Assembly (NCBI GenBank): GCA_039588275.1 | Contig: JBDHAC010000007.1 | Location: 18,413-82,412, forward strand | Direction: 5' to 3' | DNA from: Gemmatimonadota bacterium | GTDB taxonomy: Bacteria; Gemmatimonadota; Gemmatimonadetes; Palauibacterales; Palauibacteraceae | Length of the DNA stretch: 64,000 nucleotides | Part shown: in pieces, positions 38,541 to 48,110 of the stretch | Position numbering within the stretch: position 1 is the first letter of the stretch | How the letters are laid out: every line of letters begins with the position of its first letter | Notes under the pieces: model-generated | The model's database searches: none | Seen by the model: only the letters and a program-made list of their open reading frames with translations | Told to the model about the DNA's origin: nothing | Position numbers and translations under genes: made by a program

Positions 38541-39200
38541 CTAGCGCCGGGAGACCCAGCTGCTGTGCGCGTCGTAATAGCGCAGCCGGCGCTCGGTCCC
38601 TCTCGTGATGCCGATGCGGGTGGTGACGATGACGCGGTCCTCTGGAACCCGCTCGCCGCGCTCTATCCATAGGGGCGGGCGGTCTAGCGGATGACGCTGA
38701 AGCTCGGGCCCGACCGCCAACGCCTCCGCGAGGCGCGCGGGTCCGTTGGTGAGCTCCGATCGGCCTCGGCGCTGGCGCATCACCTCTATCCCCTCGACGG
38801 GCTCCAACGCACGAATCAGTACGCCGGCAGGCTCTTCCTCGAGACCCGTAACCGCGTTCAGGAGCCAGTGGATCCCGTAGTTCATGTGGATGTAGGCGGT
38901 GCCCGGCGGGCCGAACAGTGGATCGTTTCGAGAAGTGCGGCCGATCGATTCGGCCGCGTGACACGCCGGGTCTTCGGGGCCCGTGTACGCTTCCGTCTCG
39001 ACGATGCGTCCGGACACACGCGCCCCGCAGCACTCGGAAACCAGCGTGCAACCCAGCAGCTCTCGGGCTACGGCGTCGGCCGTACGGGCGAAGAACTCCG
39101 GTGAAAGCGGATCGGGACGCGAGGAAGTGCCGCCCGGAGCTCTCCCGTGGCGTCCCGCGCGACGCGTGGCGCTCGGGCCTCCGGGCGGCGAAGCGGTCAC
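38541..39200 (-). CDS. mpg: DNA-3-methyladenine glycosylase (AAG/MPG family)
   Basis: GRIVETEAY, YGIHWLLN, VLIRALEP, NGPARL, RIGI. Start uncertain. Confidence 0.93.
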   Translation of the reverse strand: MTASPPGGPSATRRAGRHGRAPGGTSSRPDPLSPEFFARTADAVARELLGCTLVSECCGARVSGRIVETEAYTGPEDPACHAAESIGRTSRNDPLFGPPGTAYIHMNYGIHWLLNAVTGLEEEPAGVLIRALEPVEGIEVMRQRRGRSELTNGPARLAEALAVGPELQRHPLDRPPLWIERGERVPEDRVIVTTRIGITRGTERRLRYYDAHSSWVSRR

Positions 39201-39208
39201 GAAGGCGG

Positions 39209-41506
39209 TCAGCCCCCGCCGTTCGACCGCTCCGACGCTCGTGCGGCGATCACCGCACGAGCGCGCGCTGCCGAGAGCACCTCCGTGAGGCGCTCCGGCT
39301 CACGATCGATCACTTGAAAGACTTCGGCGCCAAAGCGGTCGACCAGAGCCTCGGCCGTCCGACGACCCACGCCGCTGTAGTTACGGATCATGTGCGCGAT
39401 CGGGTCGGAGGTCGACTCCGACGGCTTCTTCGAGGCCGATGTCGTCGGCTCACTGCGTCGCTTCTCTTCCGATGCACCGTCAGGGGAGGCGGGTTCCCAC
39501 GCCTGGCCGGGAGACTCGGCTTTCGCCGGGCCGGAAGACGCGGCACCACCAACTGGGCCCGATGCCCCGATGACGGGGCCTTTGCGCCCGACCGAGCCGG
39601 TGCGGTACCGGCCCATGCCGCGTCGCTCGGGAGGCCGATCGGCCGGCCCGTGGGCGGTGGGCTCTGGAGTTGGCGGTCTCGTAGGTTCGGGAGACGGCTG
39701 CGAGTGCGCCTTCGGCGATTGCCGTGCCGGCTCGGAAGACTGCGGCCGGGACCGGGATCGCTCGGCACGGGGCTTCCTCGACGGCTCTTCACGTGGCTTC
39801 TGCGATCGCTCGGCCCGCTCCTTCGGCGGCCGCTCGGGGCGCCGCTTCTGGGACCGGTCCTCACGCGGCTTCTGGGACCGGTCAGCGCGCGGTTTCGGCG
39901 GCTGTTCTCCCCGCGGCTTCCGGGATCGGTCGGCGCCCTGTTTGCGAGACCGTTCCGCACCTTGCTTCCGAGAGCGGTCCGCAGGTCGCTTCCCCGACCG
40001 CTCGCCTCGTGGGGTGGCGGGCCGCTTCGTGGGCTCTCCCGCCTTCTCACCGGACCGTGTCGACTGCCCGTCGTCCGCCGGGGTATCCGGTCCGGGCTCG
40101 GCGGCCTTCGCGCCCGCGGGCGCGGATGGGGCACCCGGGCCTCCCCGGATTCGGCCGAGCGTCCGACGAGCCACCTTCTTTGCCGCGGCAAACGCGGAGC
40201 CGCCACCGGACTGCGGGGTCTCGGCTGCTGCTGCACCCGCAGCGGGTCGCCCCTTTTCACCTTCGTCCGCCGGCTCGGACCCGACGCCCTGACGCGCACG
40301 ATCCGAGCGGCCTCCTCCCCCACGATCGCCGCCCCCACCCCGCCGACCCCGGCGGGACGATCCCTTCCCGGCCTTCGCGGGAGTGAGGTAGAAATTGCCG
40401 TCGTCCCCCTGCCTTAGACTCACGATGCCGTCGTCGTCCGCCTGCTTCAGAAAGCGGTTGAACTTGTTGAATCCGAGGGCACCTTCGTCGAACGTCGCGT
40501 CACGTTCGAGCAGACGCCGCTTCACCATCGAGTCACGCACCGCGTCGGACCCGTCGAAGAGCTCGGTCACGACGGTCGCCAACTCATCGTACGCCCGGCC
40601 GAGAGCCACCTCGGGTACGTCGGGACCGCTTGCCTCGCGGCCAGTGGCGGCGGCCGCGGTCGCGGCTTCCGAATCGGGCGCCGTCTTCACGCCAGCCGCC
40701 TCGGTCGGGGCTTCGGTATCCTCTCGTCGGGCCGCTCCATGGCCCCGTGATACCTCGTATTGCCCGCTCTCGCCTTTGCGGAGGCGGATGAGGTCTCGGT
40801 GGGCCGCCTCGGTCAGGAAGCGATTGAATTTGGTGAAGCCGGCCGTTTTCTCGTCGAAGGTCGGATCGATCTCGAGCATGACCTGCTTGAGCCGATCCGA
40901 GCGCATGACGTCCTTGCGCTTGACCATTCGTTCTATCGCATGCACGACGAGCTCCCACGGATCCAGCCGTTCCGTGGGCATATCCGCGGCGGACGTGAGC
41001 CCGCCCAGCGTGTTGTAGCTGTAGTACTCGTCGCAATTCTGGACCAGGATATCCGAGGTGGATTCCTGCAGCCCGACCCCGATCACGTACTTCCCGTACT
41101 CCTTCAGCTTCAGGACGAGACTCGAGAAATCCGAATCACCCGAGAGCAGGATGAACGTGCCGATCTCGGGTCGGGTGAAGACGAGCTCGAGCGCGTCGAT
41201 CGCGAGGCGGATGTCCGTCGCGTTCTTGCGGGATGATCCGTACGCCGGAGCGAAGATCAGGTCGATCGACGCCTCGGAGAGCGAGACGATGTACTGGGGA
41301 TAGCGCCGCCAGTCCGCGTACGCGCGCTGTACGGCCACCTTCCCTTTGATGAGCTGGGAATCCAGCAGTTTGCGGAGCTCCTGACCCAGGTTGGATCGGA
41401 TCCCCATGGTGACGTTGTCGAAATCGATCAGTAAGGCCGCGTTATGAGACGGCCGCTCGGAGGGTTGGGCGCCCATGTGGGGGGCGCGCACGAATTCGTT
41501 ATTCAT
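39209..41506 (-). CDS. NYN (LabA/DUF88) domain protein with two LOTUS/OST-HTH domains, disordered repeat region and C-terminal HhH-like domain
   Basis: LIDFDN, KNATDIRLAIDA, SGDSDF; FDEKTAGFTKF and FDEGALGFNKF; GVGRRTAEALVDRFG. Confidence 0.9.
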   Translation of the reverse strand: MNNEFVRAPHMGAQPSERPSHNAALLIDFDNVTMGIRSNLGQELRKLLDSQLIKGKVAVQRAYADWRRYPQYIVSLSEASIDLIFAPAYGSSRKNATDIRLAIDALELVFTRPEIGTFILLSGDSDFSSLVLKLKEYGKYVIGVGLQESTSDILVQNCDEYYSYNTLGGLTSAADMPTERLDPWELVVHAIERMVKRKDVMRSDRLKQVMLEIDPTFDEKTAGFTKFNRFLTEAAHRDLIRLRKGESGQYEVSRGHGAARREDTEAPTEAAGVKTAPDSEAATAAAATGREASGPDVPEVALGRAYDELATVVTELFDGSDAVRDSMVKRRLLERDATFDEGALGFNKFNRFLKQADDDGIVSLRQGDDGNFYLTPAKAGKGSSRRGRRGGGGDRGGGGRSDRARQGVGSEPADEGEKGRPAAGAAAAETPQSGGGSAFAAAKKVARRTLGRIRGGPGAPSAPAGAKAAEPGPDTPADDGQSTRSGEKAGEPTKRPATPRGERSGKRPADRSRKQGAERSRKQGADRSRKPRGEQPPKPRADRSQKPREDRSQKRRPERPPKERAERSQKPREEPSRKPRAERSRSRPQSSEPARQSPKAHSQPSPEPTRPPTPEPTAHGPADRPPERRGMGRYRTGSVGRKGPVIGASGPVGGAASSGPAKAESPGQAWEPASPDGASEEKRRSEPTTSASKKPSESTSDPIAHMIRNYSGVGRRTAEALVDRFGAEVFQVIDREPERLTEVLSAARARAVIAARASERSNGGG
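39760..39985 (-). repeat. Degenerate 24-bp (8-aa) coding tandem repeat, about 9 copies
   Basis: RSRKQGAE-RSRKQGAD-RSRKPRGE-QPPKPRAD-RSQKPRED-RSQKRRPE-RPPKERAE-RSQKPREE-PSRKPRAE. Boundaries approximate. Confidence 0.8.
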
Positions 41507-41731
41507 GTCCTCTCTTCAGTTGCTGTGGGGGCAGCCGATCCGCCGAAGCGGGCGAGAGGCCCCCCGTCCTCGCCTCCGACCGACCGGCCGAAGGGGATGG
41601 CACGAGGGGTCTCACACCGACCGCTTCCCCGTTTCCTTTTGCTTCTCTCTACGAAGTTCTCTTTTGCGTCCGGCCTTTTGGCACCCCGGCTCGGATCCGC
41701 GATCTGGTCGCGGGCTCGGCCTGGCGCCCCC

Positions 41732-43366
41732 TCAGCCTCGATCCGCGGAATCGGACGCGACTTCCGCACGGACGATGCGGGCCAGCTCGACGCGGCGCGC
41801 ACGTTGCTCCGAGGCCTCCGGAAACTCATCCATGAATAGGACGATATCCGGCACTTTGTATTTCGTGACCGAGCCGCGGCAGTAGCCGCGTAGCTCGTCG
41901 GCCGTGATCAGCGCCCCCTCTACGGGGACGACGCAGGCGCATACGAGCTCGCCAAGCACTTCGTTCGGCACCCCGAGCACGACGGCGTCGGTCACCGCCG
42001 GGTGAGAGCGCAGCAGATCCTCGAGCTCGCGAGGATGCACGTTGTACCCCCCGCGAATGATCACGTCGCTCAACCGACCGACGATGTGCAGGTAGCCCTC
42101 TGCGTCGATCATGGCAAGGTCACCCGTTCGCAGGAAGCCGTCGGGAGTCATTGCCGACGCCGTCACCGACGGTTGGCGGAAGTAGCCCTGCATGACGTTG
42201 AACCCGCGCACTCCTAGCTCGCCCACGGACTCGGCGGGCAGCGCTTCCCCTTCCTCGTCGAGAATGACGACCTCGACGCCGGGGAGTGGCCGGCCCACCG
42301 TCTGAACCCGCTTCGCGGGTGCGTCATCCGGTCGGGTGATCGACACCGTCGGAGACGTCTCCGTGAGCCCGTACGCGATCTCGATCCCGGCCGTGAAGCG
42401 GTCACGCACATCCCGCGCCAACTCCTCACGCACGGGCGCGCCGGCGACGATCCCACCCCGCAGCGACGAGAGGTCGCGCTTCGACCCCTCGGCCTCCCGG
42501 AGCTGCATGACGAACATCGTCGGAACGCCGTGATCGATGGACACTCGGTGGCGCTCGATCAGCTCGAGGGATTCCTCCGCCTCGAATTTCTCCTGGAGCA
42601 CGAGGGCCGACTCGGACACGAGCGCGGTGAGCAGGGCGGCCGACAGCCCGAAGATGTGGTAGAGCGGTACGGCACACAGCGTTACGTCGGCCGGAGTCAG
42701 GCTCAAGGCTTCCGCCGTCGCGCCGGCGGTCCGCAGCAGGTTTTCGTGCGTCAGCACGACCCCTTTCGGCGTGCCCGTGGTTCCCGGCGTGTACAGGATC
42801 GCGTACGGATCCTCCTCCGGGTTGACCTCCGCCGGCTCGAACTCGCGCCCTCGGCCGCTCGCCACCAGGTCCTCGAACTGGTAGATCCGGTCGTCGTACC
42901 AGAGATCCTCTTCGCCGACCGTGACGAGATACTGCAGGTCGGGCAGGTCGACGAGGAGCGTCTCGAACACCTGAAGATAGTCCACGCCATCGAAGTGTTC
43001 GGCCGTGATCGCGACCGACGCCTCGGAGTTCCGGAGCATGTACTGCAACTCGCGGGGGGTGTGGCCCGGGTTCAGCGGTACGATCGTCGCTCCCAATTCA
43101 GCCGCCGCGAGCGTGGAAATGACGAACTCCGGCCAGTTCGGCATGTCGATCGCGATCCGATCGCCCCGCTCGATGCCGAGGTTGTGTAGCCCCACGGCCA
43201 GCGCCCGGGCTTGCGTGGCGGCGTGGGCATAGCTCCAGGTGCGCTCCCCGAAGATGAGGAACGGCGCCTCGGGGCGGCCCTCGGCCGCAACTCTCAGGGC
43301 TTCCGCGACGGTCAACGTCTCTGTCCTGGCCGGCTCTGCGACTGGCACAACCCTCTCGCTTGGCAA
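41732..43366 (-). CDS. Class I adenylate-forming enzyme (acyl-CoA ligase-like) with atypical motifs
   Basis: YTPGTTGTPKG, YGLTETSP, RTGDL, IIRGGYN; C-terminal GK motif replaced. Confidence 0.9.
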   Translation of the reverse strand: MPSERVVPVAEPARTETLTVAEALRVAAEGRPEAPFLIFGERTWSYAHAATQARALAVGLHNLGIERGDRIAIDMPNWPEFVISTLAAAELGATIVPLNPGHTPRELQYMLRNSEASVAITAEHFDGVDYLQVFETLLVDLPDLQYLVTVGEEDLWYDDRIYQFEDLVASGRGREFEPAEVNPEEDPYAILYTPGTTGTPKGVVLTHENLLRTAGATAEALSLTPADVTLCAVPLYHIFGLSAALLTALVSESALVLQEKFEAEESLELIERHRVSIDHGVPTMFVMQLREAEGSKRDLSSLRGGIVAGAPVREELARDVRDRFTAGIEIAYGLTETSPTVSITRPDDAPAKRVQTVGRPLPGVEVVILDEEGEALPAESVGELGVRGFNVMQGYFRQPSVTASAMTPDGFLRTGDLAMIDAEGYLHIVGRLSDVIIRGGYNVHPRELEDLLRSHPAVTDAVVLGVPNEVLGELVCACVVPVEGALITADELRGYCRGSVTKYKVPDIVLFMDEFPEASEQRARRVELARIVRAEVASDSADRG

Positions 43367-43441
43367 TCCGGGCTCGTCGTCCCTTGCAGGCCGCGGAGGA
43401 ACTCGCGCGCCGCGGGCCTCATAGCCTGCAATCGTCTTAAT

Positions 43442-44581
43442 CTAGGCCTGGGCCGGCGGACGTAAAGCGGCGGCCACCCACTCCTCACCCGATTCGGGCG
43501 AGATCTCGAACGTATGGCTCCCCTCGGGCGAGGTCGCTACCTCGCCCAGCCGATGGAGCAGCACGCAGCGTACCCGGCCACCCCTGGCCTTCTTGTCACG
43601 CACGAGGGCGTGCCAGACGTGCGACGGGGATCGCTCCTCCTCCCAAAGCCGATCCAGCTCACAGGCCTCGAGCAGATGCTCGATTCGAGGCGAAGTTTCC
43701 GGCTCGGTCACGCCGATTTGCTCACCGAGGCGTGCCTCGACGCGCATGCCGGACGCGACGGCCTCGCCGTGCAGCACGGCGTATCCCCCGAGAAGCTCGA
43801 GCGCATGCCCGATCGTGTGACCGAAGTTCAGGATGGCGCGCCTGTCGGTCTCGGTCGGGTCCGCGCTCACCACATCGATCTTGTGGCTCACCACCCGGCG
43901 GATGAGCGCCTCCAGGCAATCCTCGTCACCATCCAGGAGCGACCCCGCGTTCCCTTCGATCCACTCCCACAGATCGAGGTCGAGGATCGCCGCGGTCTTG
44001 ATCGCTTCGGCCAGACCGGCGGCCCGCTGGTGGCGTGGCAGCGAGTGCAGCAGGTGCGGGTCGATCAGCACGAACGACGGGTGATGGAAGGCGCCCACCA
44101 GGTTCTTTCCAGCCTCGGTATCCACGCCCGTCTTGCCCCCCACCGAGCTGTCCAGCATCGCGAGCAGGGTGGTCGGGACCTGGACGACGGGAACGCCCCG
44201 CATGTAGGTGGCCGCCAGGAAGCCCGCCAGATCGCCCGTGACGCCCCCGCCGAGCGCGATCACGGCCGTATCCCGGCCAAACCCGCCGAGCAGCATGCGG
44301 TCCGAGAGCTCCGCCCACGTCTCCCGCGTCTTGTTCCACTCGCCGGCCGGGAACGGTACCAGCTCCACTTCCGCCCCAGCCGCCTTCATCGAGGCCAGCG
44401 CCGCATCGCCATAAAGGCGAGCGACCTGGGAGTCGGCGATCAGGGCGTACCGGTGAGCGTCGAGCGACCGAGTGCACAGCTCGCCCAGTCGCTCCAGGCC
44501 CCCGATTTCCAGATGGACCTCGTACGCGGATGCTTCGGTGTCGGGCTGCTCGATCAGCAACGGTTCGAGATCGACGTTCAC
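43442..44581 (-). CDS. aroB: 3-dehydroquinate synthase
   Basis: GGGVTGDLAGF, RGVPVVQVPTTLLA, DSSVGGKTG, LNFGHTIGHALE, HGEAVA. Confidence 0.97.
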   Translation of the reverse strand: MNVDLEPLLIEQPDTEASAYEVHLEIGGLERLGELCTRSLDAHRYALIADSQVARLYGDAALASMKAAGAEVELVPFPAGEWNKTRETWAELSDRMLLGGFGRDTAVIALGGGVTGDLAGFLAATYMRGVPVVQVPTTLLAMLDSSVGGKTGVDTEAGKNLVGAFHHPSFVLIDPHLLHSLPRHQRAAGLAEAIKTAAILDLDLWEWIEGNAGSLLDGDEDCLEALIRRVVSHKIDVVSADPTETDRRAILNFGHTIGHALELLGGYAVLHGEAVASGMRVEARLGEQIGVTEPETSPRIEHLLEACELDRLWEEERSPSHVWHALVRDKKARGGRVRCVLLHRLGEVATSPEGSHTFEISPESGEEWVAAALRPPAQA

Positions 44582-44588
44582 GGTGACG

Positions 44589-45974
44589 CTATTGTTCCGA
44601 GAGCTCCACGCGCGCCAGCGCTTCGAGGAGCTGCGGAGACGTTCCGCGTGGAACGTCCTGGATCACCACGCCGGACCGCCCTCCCAGCGAAACCCGTTCA
44701 ACCCGCACCTGGCGCGCACTTTCGGGCGGGGACGAGGAGCCGATCTCCAACCCGTACCGCGCACGGTACGCAGCCCGGGCCGCCTCCGCGAACTCGTCAG
44801 CCTCGGCGTCCGCATCCCATACGCTCACCCAGACCAGCACCTCTCCCTCGGGTCCCCGCAGCAATCGATACGCATCTCCGTCCCAGCCGCCAGCCGCAGT
44901 CTCCCCCAGGGCGTCGTCCCCGAGGTGCTGCGCCAAGAAGACGCGGGTTTCCAGCTCGCCGAGGCCGTTCGCGTAGACCTCCTCCCAACCGGGCGGGGCG
45001 GGCCGGCTGAAGACGACTTCGGTCGGGTGATCCCCGTCGATGTACCGGTCCAGGTGCAGGACCTGCTCGGTCGACCTGGGCAGACCATCGCCGAAGGGGA
45101 GCGGGCGCCCGTCCCGGGTACTCCAGGCGCGTTGCAGGAACACGAGCCCGCCCACGTAGGGGAAGATCAACTCCTCCTGGATGACCTGGGGGGCCGATCG
45201 CAGGACCGCCACCGATGCCACATCGCCCAACGCCTCGAGGTCGAGGTTCGCGAGTTGAGCCCCGAGGTCGGGCAGTTGGGTCAGATCGACCGTGCCTCCG
45301 GACATCTGCCCCAGCTGCCACTCCATCATCGCGAAGGTGGCGTGGCCCTCGATCGCCGCCTGCGCAGCCAGGGTGCGATCGTTGGCATCGATGATCTCGC
45401 GTCGCAGCGAGTCCAGATCGACGCGCTGATCCTGGAGCGCGTGCACCAGCTCGTGTGCGAGCACCACCTCGAGTTGTGCGGGCGGAACGTGCTCCAGCAC
45501 GAACAGCGTGTCAGAGGCCGGATCGTAATAGCCCACGACCTGCTCGCGTAGCAGGGCCTCGAGCAGCCCGCGTAGATCCAACGTGTCGGGAACCAATCCG
45601 AGCCGCGCGTACGTGGCCGTGACCGCCCGCGCGGTCGCCGGTGGAAGCTGCGATTCCAGCTGCTCCTGCACGTACGTCAAGAGCCGCGCCGAGTCCGCAC
45701 GCGCCACTTGAAGCGGCCGAACGGCGGCAATTCCGCTCGCGAGCTCCACCGCGGGCAGGATCTCGTTCAGGAGCCGTGTGAGCGTCGAGTCGCTCGCCGT
45801 TTGGGCATGCGCGGGTTCCTGCGCCGACGTGGACGCCTGGGCCTGCGCGGATGCCTGCCCGTCCCTGCACCCGGCGTGCGCGACGAACGCGGCTGCCAGA
45901 AGCACCGCCTTACGGCACGTCAGCAGCGTGCGTGCGAAATCCCGGCCGATCGCGTGGATAGCCCCGATTCTCAC
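44589..45974 (-). CDS. Exported/lipoprotein HExxH metallopeptidase-like protein
   Basis: GGAGG RBS before GTG 45974; signal ending HAGC; VGYYDP, LAHELVHALQDQ, AIEGHA, STEQVLH, GWDGD. Confidence 0.8.
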   Translation of the reverse strand: MRIGAIHAIGRDFARTLLTCRKAVLLAAAFVAHAGCRDGQASAQAQASTSAQEPAHAQTASDSTLTRLLNEILPAVELASGIAAVRPLQVARADSARLLTYVQEQLESQLPPATARAVTATYARLGLVPDTLDLRGLLEALLREQVVGYYDPASDTLFVLEHVPPAQLEVVLAHELVHALQDQRVDLDSLRREIIDANDRTLAAQAAIEGHATFAMMEWQLGQMSGGTVDLTQLPDLGAQLANLDLEALGDVASVAVLRSAPQVIQEELIFPYVGGLVFLQRAWSTRDGRPLPFGDGLPRSTEQVLHLDRYIDGDHPTEVVFSRPAPPGWEEVYANGLGELETRVFLAQHLGDDALGETAAGGWDGDAYRLLRGPEGEVLVWVSVWDADAEADEFAEAARAAYRARYGLEIGSSSPPESARQVRVERVSLGGRSGVVIQDVPRGTSPQLLEALARVELSEQ

Positions 45975-45993
45975 CAGCCCGTCCTCCTTCCCT

Positions 45994-46635
45994 TCAGCCC
46001 TCTCGGCCCTGTCGTTTCGCCAACAGGTCGCGTTTTCCAGCGACCCGCGGGCGGATAGCCGAGGCCTCGTGTCCCGTCGGCATTTGACCGGCAAGAGACA
46101 CGCCGGAGCGGTCGACACGGTCCGCCAGCTCGGCGATGGTCACCCCGCTCACCGGCTCCACCCAGCTCCCCGCGATCTCCGCCAGCGGGACGAGCACGAA
46201 GGCCCGTTCGGTGAGCCGTGGGTGCGGAATCCTGAGCGCCGGCTCGGCGACAATCTCCTCGTCATACAAGAGGATGTCGAGGTCGAGCTCCCGCGGGCCG
46301 TACCTGACCTCCCCGGGTCTCCGACCGGCTTCCTGCTCGATTCGCTTCAACTCCAGCAGGAGATCCTCGGGGGAGTGCCCCGTGACTCCCACGCAGCACG
46401 CGTTCAGGAACCGCGGCTGGTCGCGCACGCCCTCGGGATCGGTCTCGTACACCGAGGAGAACCGCACCCCGCTGACCAGCTCTTCGATCCGCTGCCGGGC
46501 CAGCCCGAAGTGAGCCAACCTTTCCCCCACGTTCGACCCCAGGCCCAGTGCGACGCGGGAGCCTGCGTGAGGAAAGTCCCCATCACCCTTGTGGGGAAAC
46601 CTTTGCCGGCCGGATCGTGTAGGTGCAGGTGGCAC
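45994..46635 (-). CDS. folK: 2-amino-4-hydroxy-6-hydroxymethyldihydropteridine diphosphokinase
   Basis: LGLGSNVG, SSVYETDP, FLNAC, YGPRELDLDILLY, IPHPRLTERAFVLVPL. Start uncertain. Confidence 0.93.
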   Translation of the reverse strand: MPPAPTRSGRQRFPHKGDGDFPHAGSRVALGLGSNVGERLAHFGLARQRIEELVSGVRFSSVYETDPEGVRDQPRFLNACCVGVTGHSPEDLLLELKRIEQEAGRRPGEVRYGPRELDLDILLYDEEIVAEPALRIPHPRLTERAFVLVPLAEIAGSWVEPVSGVTIAELADRVDRSGVSLAGQMPTGHEASAIRPRVAGKRDLLAKRQGREG

Positions 46636-46663
46636 TGGAGCCAATCTACCGCGGAAGGGGCTC

Positions 46664-47842
46664 TTGCACGCCAGACTCCCTGCACGCCGCCGGCGATCCG
46701 GCGGCGGTCTTCGACGTTCCCGACCGACCGCTTCGGCAGGTCCGAGATGTAGTGCGCTCTGGGGCCTCGTTCTCCTGTTGTCGACGGCTCTGTTCGCGGC
46801 GGCCACGTCGCTCGCCGCCCAGGACCTGAACCCGCAGTTGATCCGCGCGCGTTGCGAGGCAATCCACCAGATCGAGAACCAGTCGGTTCTTTACGGCTTC
46901 GTCGTGGACGGAGCCACGGAGACGCCGCTGCCGGGCAGCAAGGTACGCCTGAGCTGGGTGACGGTGGACGGTGTGAGCGATTCGACGTTTCATCAGGCGG
47001 AGGCCGACGCGGCGGACGGCGCCTACATCTTCTGCGATGTGCCGCAACAGACGCGCATGATCGCCCAGGCCGACGCTCTCGGGCAACTGGGCCGGCCCGT
47101 TGACCTCTGGTTCGAGGGTGGGGAGCTGGAGCGCCGTGACCTGATGCTGGCGTTCTGGGGCGCGAGGGGTGGGCTCGCGGGCCGCCTGATCGACGCGAGC
47201 ACCGGCGAACCGATACGGGACGCCACGATCGACATCACCAACGCGGAGGTTCAGGCGCTGAGCGACTCGGACGGGAACTTCCGCATCGACGACCTGGCTA
47301 CCGGGTCGTTCGAGGCGACCGTCCATCACATCGCGTACGGCGATCCCACCTTTCGGGTAGAGATCCAGGACCGGCGCACGGCGTTCGTCGAGCTCCGGCT
47401 CACTCCGGCCCCGGTCGCGGTGGAGCCGATCGCGGTCATGATCGAGTACCGGCCTCAGTGGCTGGAGAGCACCGGATTCTACGACCGGGTCGCGAGCCAT
47501 CTGGGAGAGTTCGTGACGCCCGAAGAGATGGAGACCCATCGCTGGCGACGGTTCAGCGAGATCCTGCGCAACGTGCCCGGCGTCGAGATCACGCAAGTAT
47601 GCACACCGCACTGTTCCCAGATCCTTCGCATGAGCACGACGACCCAGTCGCGCTGCATCCCCACCTTCTATGTGGATGGACGCAGGATGCTGTTTCGCGA
47701 GGCCCTGATCGATCTGGACGCGATAGCCCCGGCCAGCGATCTGGAAGCCATGGAAGTGTACCGTGGGATCGCGCAGACGCCGCCCCAGTTCTACGGACGC
47801 TGCGGATCGGTCGTGATCTGGACGCGGCGCGGCGGCGGCTGA
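46664..47842 (+). CDS. Exported protein with two carboxypeptidase-regulatory-like domains and a TonB plug-like domain, no barrel
   Basis: GFVVDGATETPLPG and GRLIDASTGEPI beta-sandwich starts; GFYDR, ILRNVPGV, FYVDG, EAMEVYRG, CGSVVIWTR-end. Start uncertain. Confidence 0.8.
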   Translation: MHARLPARRRRSGGGLRRSRPTASAGPRCSALWGLVLLLSTALFAAATSLAAQDLNPQLIRARCEAIHQIENQSVLYGFVVDGATETPLPGSKVRLSWVTVDGVSDSTFHQAEADAADGAYIFCDVPQQTRMIAQADALGQLGRPVDLWFEGGELERRDLMLAFWGARGGLAGRLIDASTGEPIRDATIDITNAEVQALSDSDGNFRIDDLATGSFEATVHHIAYGDPTFRVEIQDRRTAFVELRLTPAPVAVEPIAVMIEYRPQWLESTGFYDRVASHLGEFVTPEEMETHRWRRFSEILRNVPGVEITQVCTPHCSQILRMSTTTQSRCIPTFYVDGRRMLFREALIDLDAIAPASDLEAMEVYRGIAQTPPQFYGRCGSVVIWTRRGGG

Positions 47843-47894
47843 GTCGGCCAGCCCGGTCGCCCCTGCGGTTCCCGCGTCGCAGCGCGCAGAGGCG

Positions 47895-48110
47895 TCAGTG
47901 GTCCGCGTCGAGCTGCTTCAGGAAGTCCGGGTTCGAAAGCTCCTCCTCCGTCGCAGGCGCGATTTGCTCCTTGAGGGGAATGGTGTCTTCGGGGTCATCA
48001 TCGATGCCGATAGCGCCGCCGGACCCCAGGTCGCAGCCGGTGGCCCAGGAACCAAGGACTCCGATGCCGATCCCCAACAGCGCCAGAATACCGACACTTC
48101 TTTTCGTCAT
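47895..48110 (-). CDS. Small putative lipoprotein
   Basis: GGAGG RBS, MTKR plus hydrophobic core plus ATGC lipobox, acidic tail. Confidence 0.6.
   Translation of the reverse strand: MTKRSVGILALLGIGIGVLGSWATGCDLGSGGAIGIDDDPEDTIPLKEQIAPATEEELSNPDFLKQLDADH

Noticed and set aside
39760..39985. Periodic 24-bp repeats as a possible CRISPR array
   Set aside because: Degenerate, in-frame coding repeats without unique spacers; no cas genes.
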